Below, piece by piece: positions 1-8,925 of a stretch of DNA of 64,000 nt (positions are counted from its first letter, which is position 1; every line of letters begins with the position of its first letter). Source of the DNA: a virus (Duplodnaviria; Caudoviricetes). The stretch is from positions 568 to 64,567 of the IMG/VR virus record IMGVR_UViG_3300030372_002245; one strand, written 5' to 3'. A program made the translations under genes and the position numbers. Below the pieces are notes generated by a model, which saw nothing but the letters and a program-made list of their open reading frames with translations, was not told the origin of the DNA and did no database searches.

Positions 1-495
1 ACTGGTTCTGGTCAGTTTTATTACAATCACGATGGAAACACGATGTATTGGATAACAGGTGGCACAGAGAACATGACACTCGACAGCTCTGGTAATTTAA
101 CCATTCAAGGCTCGTATTCACCATCAGACGGAAGATTGAAAGAAAACATTGAAGATTTCTCATACGACATTGAAAAATTTAAAGCGTATTCTCCTAAAAC
201 TTTTGACTGGATAAACCCAGAAGAACATGGCGGAAGAACACAGCAAATCGGATTCATTGCTCAAGAACAAGAAGTAATCGATGAGCGTTTTGTTGAAGAA
301 GTCGAGACCGATGCAGACAGAAAAGATACACTTCTGCTTGATCAGATTACTAAACAAGATGGCGATGTAAAAGGCATCTCAAAAACATCTGAATTTGTGC
401 AGAAGGATGCCATGTATATCTCAGTCATACAGCAATTAATCGACAGACTAGAAGTTGCTGAAGAAAAAATTACAGCATTAGAAGGAGGCAAATAG
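1..495 (+). CDS. Tail fibre/spike C-terminus with intramolecular chaperone (peptidase S74-like) domain, 5'-partial
   Basis: Frame is open from base 1 (TGSGQFYYNHDGNTMYW...). SDGRLKENI matches the S-D-x-R-L-K chaperone motif and the protein ends in a coiled coil (LIDRLEVAEEKITALE). Confidence 0.85.
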   Translation, partial: TGSGQFYYNHDGNTMYWITGGTENMTLDSSGNLTIQGSYSPSDGRLKENIEDFSYDIEKFKAYSPKTFDWINPEEHGGRTQQIGFIAQEQEVIDERFVEEVETDADRKDTLLLDQITKQDGDVKGISKTSEFVQKDAMYISVIQQLIDRLEVAEEKITALEGGK

Positions 496-840
496 ATGGC
501 TATTTCATATACATGGGATGTTTCTCAGTGCGATGTTTACCCCCAAAAAAGCGGTAAATCAAATGTAGTCCATGCAGTAAATTGGAAATTAACAGCCACA
601 GACGATGCACATCAAGACAAGGATGGCGTAGATATATCATCTACTGTTATTTCTGTGCAAAATATTGATACTTCGGATTTATCTAGTTTTATTAATTGGT
701 CTGATTTAACAGCGAGTGATGTTCAAGGATGGGTTGAAACTGCAATGGGTAGCACTGAAGTAGCTAGATTAAAATCTTCTTTAGATGGAATGATAACCCA
801 ACAAATATCACCCAGTAGTGTAACTAAAACTTTAACATAG
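496..840 (+). CDS. Conserved tail-fibre-associated hypothetical protein
   Basis: MAISYTWDVSQCDVYP...VHAVNWKLTATD type, recalled next to marine phage fibres; abuts the upstream stop. Confidence 0.6.
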   Translation: MAISYTWDVSQCDVYPQKSGKSNVVHAVNWKLTATDDAHQDKDGVDISSTVISVQNIDTSDLSSFINWSDLTASDVQGWVETAMGSTEVARLKSSLDGMITQQISPSSVTKTLT

Positions 841-841
841 T

Positions 842-1039
842 ATGGATAAAGAAAAGTTATTTTTGCATGTTTTGCAGATCATTGATCTAGCCACAAAAAG
901 AGGAGCTTGGAATGGAAACGAGCTTCAAGCAGTAGCAACAATTAGGCAGAGCATCGTTGATGAAATAAATGAATCAAAAGATGCTGTAGAGGAAAACCTT
1001 GAGACAATCACAAAAGACATCGAAGATAAAGATGACTAA
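842..1039 (+). CDS. Small hypothetical protein
   Basis: 65-aa ORF tightly packed in the operon. Confidence 0.6.
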   Translation: MDKEKLFLHVLQIIDLATKRGAWNGNELQAVATIRQSIVDEINESKDAVEENLETITKDIEDKDD

Positions 1040-1229
1040 AATATCTGATGTTGAGTTCGAGTTAAACAATCGAATATCAAATGTGCATACAAGAATAGAA
1101 AGGCATGAGTCTGTTTGCGCAGAACGTTGGTTAGAAATATTAAATCGTGTTAAAAGAATCGAACATTTTATTGTAGTTACCTTAATTACATTAGTTGCGG
1201 GAATGGCTGGAATAATATTCGGTGGGTAA
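1032..1229 (+). CDS. Small coiled-coil protein with C-terminal TM helix (possible lysis/holin-like)
   Basis: ATG at 1032 overlaps the previous gene; HESVCAERW motif, then hydrophobic FIVVTLITLVAGMAGIIF. Confidence 0.55.
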   Translation: MTKISDVEFELNNRISNVHTRIERHESVCAERWLEILNRVKRIEHFIVVTLITLVAGMAGIIFGG

Positions 1230-1245
1230 CGAAAGGAGAAGATAA

Positions 1246-3150
1246 TTGGCTTTACAAAAAATTATTTTCAAACCAGGAATTAATAGAGAAGGAACTGATT
1301 ATTCTAATGAGGGAGGTTGGTTTAACTCTAATTTAGTTCGTTTTCGTAAAGGTTTGCCAGAAAAAATAGGTGGTTGGACAAAAAATACCACAAATACTTT
1401 TAAATCAACGGGCAGAGCACTTCACGCTTGGGTAAGTTTAGCGGGCACTAAATTTATTGGATTAGGCGCAACATGGAAATATTACATATTAGAAGGCGCT
1501 AATTTTTATGATATAACTCCTATTAGAGTAACTACAGGAGCTAATGAAATTTCTTTTGCTAAAGTTGCAAATGGGGATGCGACTCTTACTGTCACGGATA
1601 CTGCCCATGGAGCGGTTCAAAACGACTTTGTAACTTATAGTGGTTGTGTAAGTTTGGGAGGCAATATTACAGCAAATGTTTTAAATCAAGAATATCAGAT
1701 TGCCACGATTGTAAACTCTAACAGCTACACAATAGAGGCTAAAGACACTAATGGCGATGAAGTAACAGCAGCAGCTGGTGATTCTGGTGATGGACAGGGC
1801 ACTATAATTGGCGCTTATCAAATTAACGTAGGGTTAGATGTTTATGCCCCCTCTACAGGTTGGGGTGTAGGTACATGGGGTTCTGGAACTTTTGGAAGTA
1901 GTTCCGCACTAGATTTTTCTAACCAGTTAAGACTTTGGTCTCATGATAATTTTGGTGAAGATTTAGTTATTAATCCTAGAATGGGAGGTGTTTATTATTG
2001 GGACACTAGTGCAAAAACATTAGGGACAGATAGAGCCGTAGCTTTAAGTGATTTATCAGGGGCTAATTTAGCTCCTACAAAAGCACTTCAAGTATTAGTT
2101 AGTGATATTGATCGCCACGTTATTTGTTTTGGAGCAGATCCTTTAAATGACGGAGGAACAGCAAGAACAGGAACGTTTGATCCTATGTTTATCGCTTGGT
2201 CTGACCAAGAAAACATTACCGAATGGGAACCAAAAGCAACAAATACCGCAGGGTCTTTTAGACTTTCAGCGGGTTCGGCTATCGTTGGGGCAACTCGTGC
2301 TAGACAAGAAACATTGATTTGGACAGATACTTCTTTATATTCTATGAGTTTTGTTGGTCAGCCTTTTACTTTTAGTGTTAATTTAGTAAATGAGGGTGTT
2401 GGGTTAGTTGGACCAAACGCTATGATTAATACTCCGAAAGGAATTTTTTGGATGGATAAAAAAGGCTTTTATACTTACGGTGGAAATATTCAACAGTTGC
2501 AATGTAGTGTAGATGCTTATGTTTTTGGTGATTTAAACCAAACTCAAAATTATCAAATTTTTGGTTTTGTAAATAAGGCTTTTGATGAGGTCGGTTGGTT
2601 TTATTGTTCAGGAGAGAGCACGGTATTAGACCGTTATGTTGTTTATAATTATGAAGAAGGCACGTGGGTTATAGGAAACCTTACAAGAACGTGTTGGTTA
2701 GATGAAGGTATTTACCCAGATCCCAAAGCAACTTATTCTAGTTCAGATGTAGGTTATTTATACGACCATGAAACAGGAAACGACGCAGATGGTTCTGCAA
2801 TGACTGACGTATTTATTGAATCTAGTGATTTCGATATCGATCCTGCAGGAGATCAATTTCAATTTATTAGTAAAATAATTCCTGATATAAAATTTACAGG
2901 TTCTGGTTCAACAGGAACAGGAGGACAAACTGCGGAAATTGTTTTGAAAAAACGTAACTATCCAGGAGAAGATTTAACAACAGCTGTTACAGGAAGCTGT
3001 ACTTCTAACACCACTAAGATCGACACTCGAGTAAGAGGTCGACAAGCGGTATTGAGAATACAATCTAACGATGATAATACGTCAAAAACAGGAATGAGTT
3101 TTAGAGTAGGGGCTATGCGACTAGACATCAAACCAGATGGTATGCGCTAG
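1246..3150 (+). CDS. Tail stabilisation/nozzle protein (P22 gp10-like)
   Basis: 634 aa; N-terminus FKPGINREGTDY...WF...VRFRKGLPEKIGGW and beta-propeller-like repeats; AAGGAG RBS. Confidence 0.7.
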   Translation: MALQKIIFKPGINREGTDYSNEGGWFNSNLVRFRKGLPEKIGGWTKNTTNTFKSTGRALHAWVSLAGTKFIGLGATWKYYILEGANFYDITPIRVTTGANEISFAKVANGDATLTVTDTAHGAVQNDFVTYSGCVSLGGNITANVLNQEYQIATIVNSNSYTIEAKDTNGDEVTAAAGDSGDGQGTIIGAYQINVGLDVYAPSTGWGVGTWGSGTFGSSSALDFSNQLRLWSHDNFGEDLVINPRMGGVYYWDTSAKTLGTDRAVALSDLSGANLAPTKALQVLVSDIDRHVICFGADPLNDGGTARTGTFDPMFIAWSDQENITEWEPKATNTAGSFRLSAGSAIVGATRARQETLIWTDTSLYSMSFVGQPFTFSVNLVNEGVGLVGPNAMINTPKGIFWMDKKGFYTYGGNIQQLQCSVDAYVFGDLNQTQNYQIFGFVNKAFDEVGWFYCSGESTVLDRYVVYNYEEGTWVIGNLTRTCWLDEGIYPDPKATYSSSDVGYLYDHETGNDADGSAMTDVFIESSDFDIDPAGDQFQFISKIIPDIKFTGSGSTGTGGQTAEIVLKKRNYPGEDLTTAVTGSCTSNTTKIDTRVRGRQAVLRIQSNDDNTSKTGMSFRVGAMRLDIKPDGMR

Positions 3151-3473
3151 TGGGGAAACTTTTAGAAACAAAACTTCCTGTAGCTTACGGAGAAATTTCT
3201 CCAGATATATTTAATCGTTTAGTTAGAGTCTTAGAACTTAGTTTAAACACAAAAGATATAAATGCGACTTTAAATGTTAATGAAACACAAAGAAACGAAA
3301 ATAAATTTAATTCAGGCGATTTAATTTGGAATTTATCTACAAGTCAGTTACAGCTATGGACAGGAGAAAAATGGGTTGATATTTACACAGGAACAGAAAA
3401 AGGACTTGAAGCCTCTGGTGAGATAGGAACCTTAACTGTTTCAAATAAGGGAGCAACCACAATATCTTTATAG
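3150..3473 (+). CDS. Hypothetical virion protein
   Basis: GTG start overlaps the previous stop; follows the tail gene. Confidence 0.55.
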   Translation: MGKLLETKLPVAYGEISPDIFNRLVRVLELSLNTKDINATLNVNETQRNENKFNSGDLIWNLSTSQLQLWTGEKWVDIYTGTEKGLEASGEIGTLTVSNKGATTISL

Positions 3474-3482
3474 GGAGATAAT

Positions 3483-3683
3483 ATGCCAAAGAAAAAGAAA
3501 AAAAGCAGTAAGAAGTATCACACCACTAAAGACGGCAGACGGGCTAAAAAGGGTCTTTATTATAATATAAATAAAAAGAGGAAGTCTGGTAAGAAAATGC
3601 GTAAAAAAGGCGCTAAAGGCGCTCCTACGGCGGCTGCTTTTAGAAAATCCGCTAAGACAGCTAAGAAAAAGAAAAAGAAGTAA
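3483..3683 (+). CDS. Small highly basic (Lys/Arg-rich) protein
   Basis: GGGAG RBS; MPKKKKKSSKK...KKGLYYNINKKRK...KGAPTAAAFRKSAKT. Confidence 0.7.
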   Translation: MPKKKKKSSKKYHTTKDGRRAKKGLYYNINKKRKSGKKMRKKGAKGAPTAAAFRKSAKTAKKKKKK

Positions 3684-3955
3684 TGCCAGCAAAAAAGCGC
3701 AAAAAGACTAAAGCGATACGAAGAACTACTGGCAAAGGTGGAAACTACCGTCCTACTAAAAAGGGCGCAGGCATGACTAAAAAAGGAGTCAAAGCCTATA
3801 GAAAAAAGAATCCTGGATCAAAATTAAAAACAGCGGTTACAGGAAAAGTTAAAAGAGGTAGCAAAGCCGCAAAAAGACGTAAGTCTTTTTGTGCTCGGTC
3901 AAAAGGATGGACGGGCAAAAGAGGCAAAGCTGCTAGAAGAAGATGGAAATGTTAA
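3683..3955 (+). CDS. Small basic protein (DUF6321-like)
   Basis: NPGSKLKTAVTG...KRRKSFCARSKG...ARRRWKC motif; coupled start. Confidence 0.7.
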   Translation: MPAKKRKKTKAIRRTTGKGGNYRPTKKGAGMTKKGVKAYRKKNPGSKLKTAVTGKVKRGSKAAKRRKSFCARSKGWTGKRGKAARRRWKC

Positions 3956-4384
3956 ATGTACGAATATAATTGTGAAATTAAACGAGTAGTTGACGGCGAT
4001 ACTGTTGATGTAATTATTGATCTGGGTTTTGATATATTTTACAAAAGTCGAGTTCGTTTATATGGTATAGATACACCTGAATCTAGGACTAGAAACAAAG
4101 ATGAAAAAGTTAGAGGACTGATGAGTAAACAGTATTTGATAGATGAATTAGAAAAAGGACAAGTTGTTATAAAAACTCATAAAGATAAAAAAGGAAAATT
4201 TGGTAGAGTTCTTGGTGAAATGTACGTTGGCGATAAAAACATAAATTTAATGATGGTTGATGATCATTTAGCAGTAAAATATAAGGGACAAAATAAAAAA
4301 GAAATTGAAAAAGAACATATTGTTAATAGAGACATATTAATAGCAAAAGGTTCTTTTGATCCAAAAACTGTAGAAAAGGAGTAA
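3956..4384 (+). CDS. Thermonuclease (SNase-like) family nuclease
   Basis: RVVDGDTVDV, VRLYGIDTPE and GKFGRVLG are the staphylococcal nuclease motifs. Confidence 0.9.
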   Translation: MYEYNCEIKRVVDGDTVDVIIDLGFDIFYKSRVRLYGIDTPESRTRNKDEKVRGLMSKQYLIDELEKGQVVIKTHKDKKGKFGRVLGEMYVGDKNINLMMVDDHLAVKYKGQNKKEIEKEHIVNRDILIAKGSFDPKTVEKE

Positions 4385-4387
4385 CTT

Positions 4388-4768
4388 ATGAGTGATGAAA
4401 GAGATTACCACCCTAGCGGAAGGTTCGGAGGCGATATGGATCGCAATGAAGTCGAAATGGATCTCAGTAAATTTATGGCTATGGTTGAAGAGATCGGCGC
4501 TTTAAAAGATAAAATTCGAGATTTAGAAGACGAGAAAAATAATAACCCTTTTCAAAAATTTATTTTTGTTGCACAAGCTGTGGATAGTTGGCGGATTATT
4601 CCTAGAGCCTTTTTAGCCGTGTATATGTATCTTTTGTATTATACAACGTTTTGGTTTATGGATTTAACAGATCCTAGCTTTGAACAATCGGGTTTAATTT
4701 CTATTGTTGTTGGCGCAGGTGCCGCATGGTTCGGACTCTATACCAACAGCCATAAGGATAAAAAATGA
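4388..4768 (+). CDS. Membrane protein with 2 TM helices (holin-like)
   Basis: DSWRIIPRAFLAVYMYLLYY and SGLISIVVGAGAAWFGLY hydrophobic segments. Confidence 0.65.
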   Translation: MSDERDYHPSGRFGGDMDRNEVEMDLSKFMAMVEEIGALKDKIRDLEDEKNNNPFQKFIFVAQAVDSWRIIPRAFLAVYMYLLYYTTFWFMDLTDPSFEQSGLISIVVGAGAAWFGLYTNSHKDKK

Positions 4769-4947
4769 AAATATTTTTAACCGAATACAAAATAGGACAA
4801 GAAATAGTTGACGGTCCAGTAATTGCTGCAGATTCTTTTGAGGAAGCAGAACAAGAGGCACAAGTTTATAACTTGATTGTTGTTGGTATGTTAGATGTTC
4901 ACGTTTTAGACCCTTACGAAAGTGTAATTGACAGGGTGCTTCATTGA
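4765..4947 (+). CDS. Hypothetical protein
   Basis: 60 aa; 4-nt overlaps with both neighbours. Confidence 0.55.
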   Translation: MKIFLTEYKIGQEIVDGPVIAADSFEEAEQEAQVYNLIVVGMLDVHVLDPYESVIDRVLH

Positions 4948-6074
4948 TTAAATATATTAAATATCTTCCTTTTTTATTTTTTGCAACTTTGACGCAACCG
5001 TCTTATGCTGATCAAACAGGTGATTGCACGGCGGGTTCTCAGTATTGTGAACAAAACTCGATGACTACGACATCGGCTACGACTACAACAAACACCAACA
5101 CAAATACGAACACGAACACTAACACGAACACTAACACGAACACCAACACGAATAACAACACGAACACTACCACAGCGACAAACACGAACACCAACACGAA
5201 CACCAACAATAACACGAATAACAACACTTCGACATCGACTGCAACGAACACAAACACAAACACGAATACTTCAAATTCAACAGCAACGAACACGAATACC
5301 AGTACGTCAACTGCAACGAACACAAACACGAACACGAATAACAATAACAACACTTCGACATCGACTGCAACAAGTACAAACACGAATAACAATAACAACA
5401 CTTCGACGTCTAATAATACAAACACGAACACGAACACTTCGAATAATACAAACAGCAACACAAACATAAACACTTCAACATCAAATAACACAAATAAAAA
5501 CGTCAATGAGTCAACGTCTACATCAAATGTTCAAACTAACAATAAAAATGTTAATGAAAATAACAATACTTCGAACAACACGAATCGAAATATAAATGAG
5601 TCAAAATCTGAACAAACTATTAATCAGAACATTAAAACAGAAGCACCGCCTGCTTCTGCAATAGCGCCGTCAATCATGTCTTATTCACAAGATTTGTGTA
5701 CAGTTGGTCGTTCTGGAGCTTTCCAGGGGCAAGTTTTTGGTATTTCTACTGGCAGAACTGTTAGAGACGAGAATTGTGAACGATTAAAGTTAGGTAAATA
5801 TTTATACGACATGGGTATGAAAGTAGCCGCTGTCGCTATTATGTGCCAAGATGTTAGAGTGTTTAGTGCAATGTATATGGCGGGCACTCCTTGTCCATAC
5901 GAAGGCAAGATAGGCGAAGAAGCAAGAGTGGCATGGGCAGAAAACCCTAAAGATCGACCAGATTATAAAGAAGCAAAATCGGCTTATGTTGCTAAATGCT
6001 ATAATTCACTAAATAGTGCGGGGCAGAAAAAATCAAGGATGACGTGTAGACGTGAATTTGATAAGGGCAGTTAG
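4944..6074 (+). CDS. Exported protein with long Asn/Thr repeat and Cys-rich C-terminal domain
   Basis: Signal-peptide-like N-terminus (KYIKYLPFLFFATLTQPSYA), ~170-aa N/T/S tract, then APPASAIAP...DLC...CERLK...CQD...PCP. Confidence 0.8.
   Translation: MIKYIKYLPFLFFATLTQPSYADQTGDCTAGSQYCEQNSMTTTSATTTTNTNTNTNTNTNTNTNTNTNTNNNTNTTTATNTNTNTNTNNNTNNNTSTSTATNTNTNTNTSNSTATNTNTSTSTATNTNTNTNNNNNTSTSTATSTNTNNNNNTSTSNNTNTNTNTSNNTNSNTNINTSTSNNTNKNVNESTSTSNVQTNNKNVNENNNTSNNTNRNINESKSEQTINQNIKTEAPPASAIAPSIMSYSQDLCTVGRSGAFQGQVFGISTGRTVRDENCERLKLGKYLYDMGMKVAAVAIMCQDVRVFSAMYMAGTPCPYEGKIGEEARVAWAENPKDRPDYKEAKSAYVAKCYNSLNSAGQKKSRMTCRREFDKGS
5085..5600 (+). repeat. Imperfect 6-nt tandem repeat (AACACN) encoding (Asn-Thr)n
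   Basis: aacacg/aacact/aacaca/aacacc units read directly. Confidence 0.95.
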
Positions 6075-8346
6075 TTTATCTGCATTATTTTTTGTTTTTA
6101 CGCTTAATGCTGGGTATATATACGAAGCAAACCAGTCTCTTATTGATTTAAAAACAAACTATATAGCTACTTCTTATAATCTAAATTCTGGGGATGACCA
6201 AGTATCTTCTGCTTTTAATTTAGATTTTACCTTCACGTTTTATGGTGAAGATTTTACATCTGCTCGAATGGCAACAAACGGTTGTTTACATTTTAAAACA
6301 AGCGGTGCGTACTGTAACGATTACACTCCTGATCCTTTAACAGGACAACACACATACACTTTATATCCTTTTTGGACAGATTTGATAAGAGATAACGGTT
6401 CAAGTGTTTTAGCTAGAAATTTTACGGATAAAACTGTATTCGGTTGGTATAACTTACGAGAATACAATAGAGGTAATACAGACAATTCTTTTGAAGTTAT
6501 ATTATGGAAGTCTGACGATAGTTTTGAATTTCGTTATGGCGGTTTAAATATTATTAATCACGATGTATTAATTGGCGAACAAGGCAGTTCAAGTGAGTCT
6601 TATACTTATTTATATCATGACGAATGTAGTACAGGAACAACAAATGTTGCAGGCACCTGTGTAAATACGAACTGGAACAGTACGTCTTTTAATACTTTAT
6701 TGGAAAATGGTGGAAGTCTATACGGTGTTGGGTCTGGGAACGGATTAGACTGTAGTAATCCGTTAAACGATACCGCATGTACTGGATATCAAGCAGCTTT
6801 TTTAAATCAACAATGTGACTTAGATGGACTATATTCTACTCAATGTCCTAATTATTGGGACGATTTATTTGATTATGAATGTGCTTTGGACTCGCAGTAT
6901 TCGCCAGCTTGTGCTGGATATATGGTCGAAACTTTTGTTGAAAACACCTATTACGAAGAAGACATGTATGGTTACGAAAGTTACGAAGACGATCAATACG
7001 GATATTATGATCCCTTTCAAGAAGAAGATTATTACTTTGAAGAAGACTCTGTATATATTACTGAGTTACAGGGGATAGACGAATTTCAAGAAGAATTATA
7101 TTTTGAAGAAACTTTATTTTTTGAAGAAGAATATTTTGATCCTTTTATAGAAGAATTTGATTTACTTCCTGAAGAAGAACTTATTCCGTTAAGTTATATT
7201 GAAGAAGAACTTTATATCGAACAGATATATGAAGAAATTGTTTTAAGAGAAGAAATTTTTGTTCTTAATTATGATTTACCTATATTAGATGATGTTTTAT
7301 TAAATCATTTTGAACATGAAGAATTAATTGAAGATTATTTTGAAGAAGAAACGATTGAATATTTAGAATTTGAAACAATAGAAGACTTGGAGGAATGGAT
7401 TGAACAAGAAGAAACAGAAGAAATACTTGAGGAACTTGCTGTTTTGTCTGATGATGAAGATGGAGACTTGGAGGATTCGGAGACAGTTGAGGAAGAAATA
7501 CAAGACCGAAATGAAGATATCGAACTTGTTGTCGCGGAGAGCGAAGAAAAGAAAGATAACAAAAGAGCGGAACAATTAAACGTTGTAGCTAACAGTATTC
7601 TTGCGGCAAGCAATAGTGTAAGCGGAACAACAGCTGGAACGTCGGCACAAGCAACAGGAATGTCTGCATCTTCAGGCGGTTCTTTTTCTACAACAAGCGC
7701 CTCCCAAACATCTGCGGTTAGTTCTTCAGTATCGGGAGGAACGATAAGTATTAGCAACTCACCTAGTATTTCGGCTCAAGTAGCGAGTTCTGCTGCACAA
7801 ACACAACAAGTTTTATCAATGAGTGTTAGTAATACCAATATAGGTAACAATAATACCGCAGTTGGTGGGACAACTACTGTTGCTTCTAATACCTCAACAA
7901 ATACAGGGGGTTCAGGAAATACTAGCGGTACTCAAAACGTAGCAGTTGGTCAAAACACAGACACAAGTGGTTCTCAAAATACCGCAGTAGGTTCGATGGA
8001 GTTAGAGATTGATACAGCAATGTCTGAGATGTCTGCATCTGAAGCCGATTTAATTGCCGATCAGATCGTTGCTCAAAATATAGAAGATCAACAAGAAGAA
8101 CTAGAACAACAGCAACAAGAAACAGGTGAGTATGGCGATGAAGCACAACTGATCGCTTATATGGGTTTTGTTCCTGGGTTTAGTGCTTATAGTCAAGTAG
8201 AGGTGCCACAGCCTAGTGTTTGGTATGAGCCTGAGTTAATATATACTAATGTTAATATTCCAGATAATAACTCAGCGTTTAGTGGATTATACGGGGAGAG
8301 TTTAACTGGGATGAATGATTTAATGAATATGCAACCTAACTTATAG
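6052..8346 (+). CDS. Large exported protein: nidogen (NIDO)-like domain, Cys-rich, Glu-rich and Ser/Thr-rich segments
   Basis: Signal-like N-terminus; F.F.FYGE.F....ATNGCL.F, LYPFWTDL and NSFEVILW motifs; several Cys pairs; long acidic tract. Confidence 0.7.
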   Translation: MNLIRAVSLSALFFVFTLNAGYIYEANQSLIDLKTNYIATSYNLNSGDDQVSSAFNLDFTFTFYGEDFTSARMATNGCLHFKTSGAYCNDYTPDPLTGQHTYTLYPFWTDLIRDNGSSVLARNFTDKTVFGWYNLREYNRGNTDNSFEVILWKSDDSFEFRYGGLNIINHDVLIGEQGSSSESYTYLYHDECSTGTTNVAGTCVNTNWNSTSFNTLLENGGSLYGVGSGNGLDCSNPLNDTACTGYQAAFLNQQCDLDGLYSTQCPNYWDDLFDYECALDSQYSPACAGYMVETFVENTYYEEDMYGYESYEDDQYGYYDPFQEEDYYFEEDSVYITELQGIDEFQEELYFEETLFFEEEYFDPFIEEFDLLPEEELIPLSYIEEELYIEQIYEEIVLREEIFVLNYDLPILDDVLLNHFEHEELIEDYFEEETIEYLEFETIEDLEEWIEQEETEEILEELAVLSDDEDGDLEDSETVEEEIQDRNEDIELVVAESEEKKDNKRAEQLNVVANSILAASNSVSGTTAGTSAQATGMSASSGGSFSTTSASQTSAVSSSVSGGTISISNSPSISAQVASSAAQTQQVLSMSVSNTNIGNNNTAVGGTTTVASNTSTNTGGSGNTSGTQNVAVGQNTDTSGSQNTAVGSMELEIDTAMSEMSASEADLIADQIVAQNIEDQQEELEQQQQETGEYGDEAQLIAYMGFVPGFSAYSQVEVPQPSVWYEPELIYTNVNIPDNNSAFSGLYGESLTGMNDLMNMQPNL

Positions 8347-8355
8347 AGGAATAAT

Positions 8356-8721
8356 ATGGACTGGTTTCAGAATAAAACAACACAACTTATCGCCCTTGCG
8401 GGTATTGTCAGCACTTTAGCTGGATTTGGTTATACAGGTGCAACGTATGTTAATCGCATCGAAAACCTTGAGTCTAAAATGACTCGTTATATTAACGAGA
8501 TAGACGCTTTAGCAGACCAAGTAACGGCTTTAGATAAAAATGTCGTTGCCGTAGGCGAACAAATTAAGTCTTTAAATATCGAAACGGAAGATTTAAGCCC
8601 GATAAAAGCAGATATTGTCGCTATTCAAACAAGCGTTGCGGGCATAAATTCGAGTATTGATTCGATGTACGACGACGTACAAGCCCTGAAAAACAAGAAT
8701 GATAACCCTTTAGCTAACTGA
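8356..8721 (+). CDS. N-terminally anchored coiled-coil membrane protein
   Basis: GAGGA RBS; TM LIALAGIVSTLAGFGY followed by heptads. Confidence 0.7.
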   Translation: MDWFQNKTTQLIALAGIVSTLAGFGYTGATYVNRIENLESKMTRYINEIDALADQVTALDKNVVAVGEQIKSLNIETEDLSPIKADIVAIQTSVAGINSSIDSMYDDVQALKNKNDNPLAN

Positions 8722-8737
8722 TATTTTGTTATATAAT
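8709..8737 (+). promoter_or_regulatory. Sigma70-like promoter
   Basis: TTTAGC-17 bp-TATAAT. Confidence 0.5.
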
Positions 8738-8755
8738 CAAGAAATCAGGCATGTA

Positions 8756-8813
8756 CTGCAGCTTACGGGAAGGGCTTTAACTCGCAAAAACGTTTATATA
8801 TACGCTGTAGGAG
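8756..8813 (+). promoter_or_regulatory. Structured 5' leader overlapping an RBS
   Basis: CTGCAGC (8756-62) pairs with GCTGTAG (8804-10), overlapping AGGAG (8809-13). Confidence 0.4.
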
Positions 8814-8817
8814 ACTC

Positions 8818-8925
8818 ATGTTTGGAGTAGATAAAAAAGCATATTCTAAAAAAGCGGAACGTCGTTCTGCTTTTGTTCGTTATTTCGCCAACGGTAAAAA
8901 GCAAAAGACAAGGAGCCGATTTTAA
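8818..8925 (+). CDS. 35-aa basic leader ORF (not in ORF track)
   Basis: AGGAG RBS; MFGVDKKAYSKKAERRSAFVRYFANGKKQKTRSRF; TAA overlaps the next ATG. Confidence 0.55.
   Translation: MFGVDKKAYSKKAERRSAFVRYFANGKKQKTRSRF

Noticed and set aside
5039-5506. 155-aa Phe/Val-rich minus-strand ORF resembling a membrane protein
   Set aside because: It is the antisense shadow of the AACACN repeat; no RBS or promoter.
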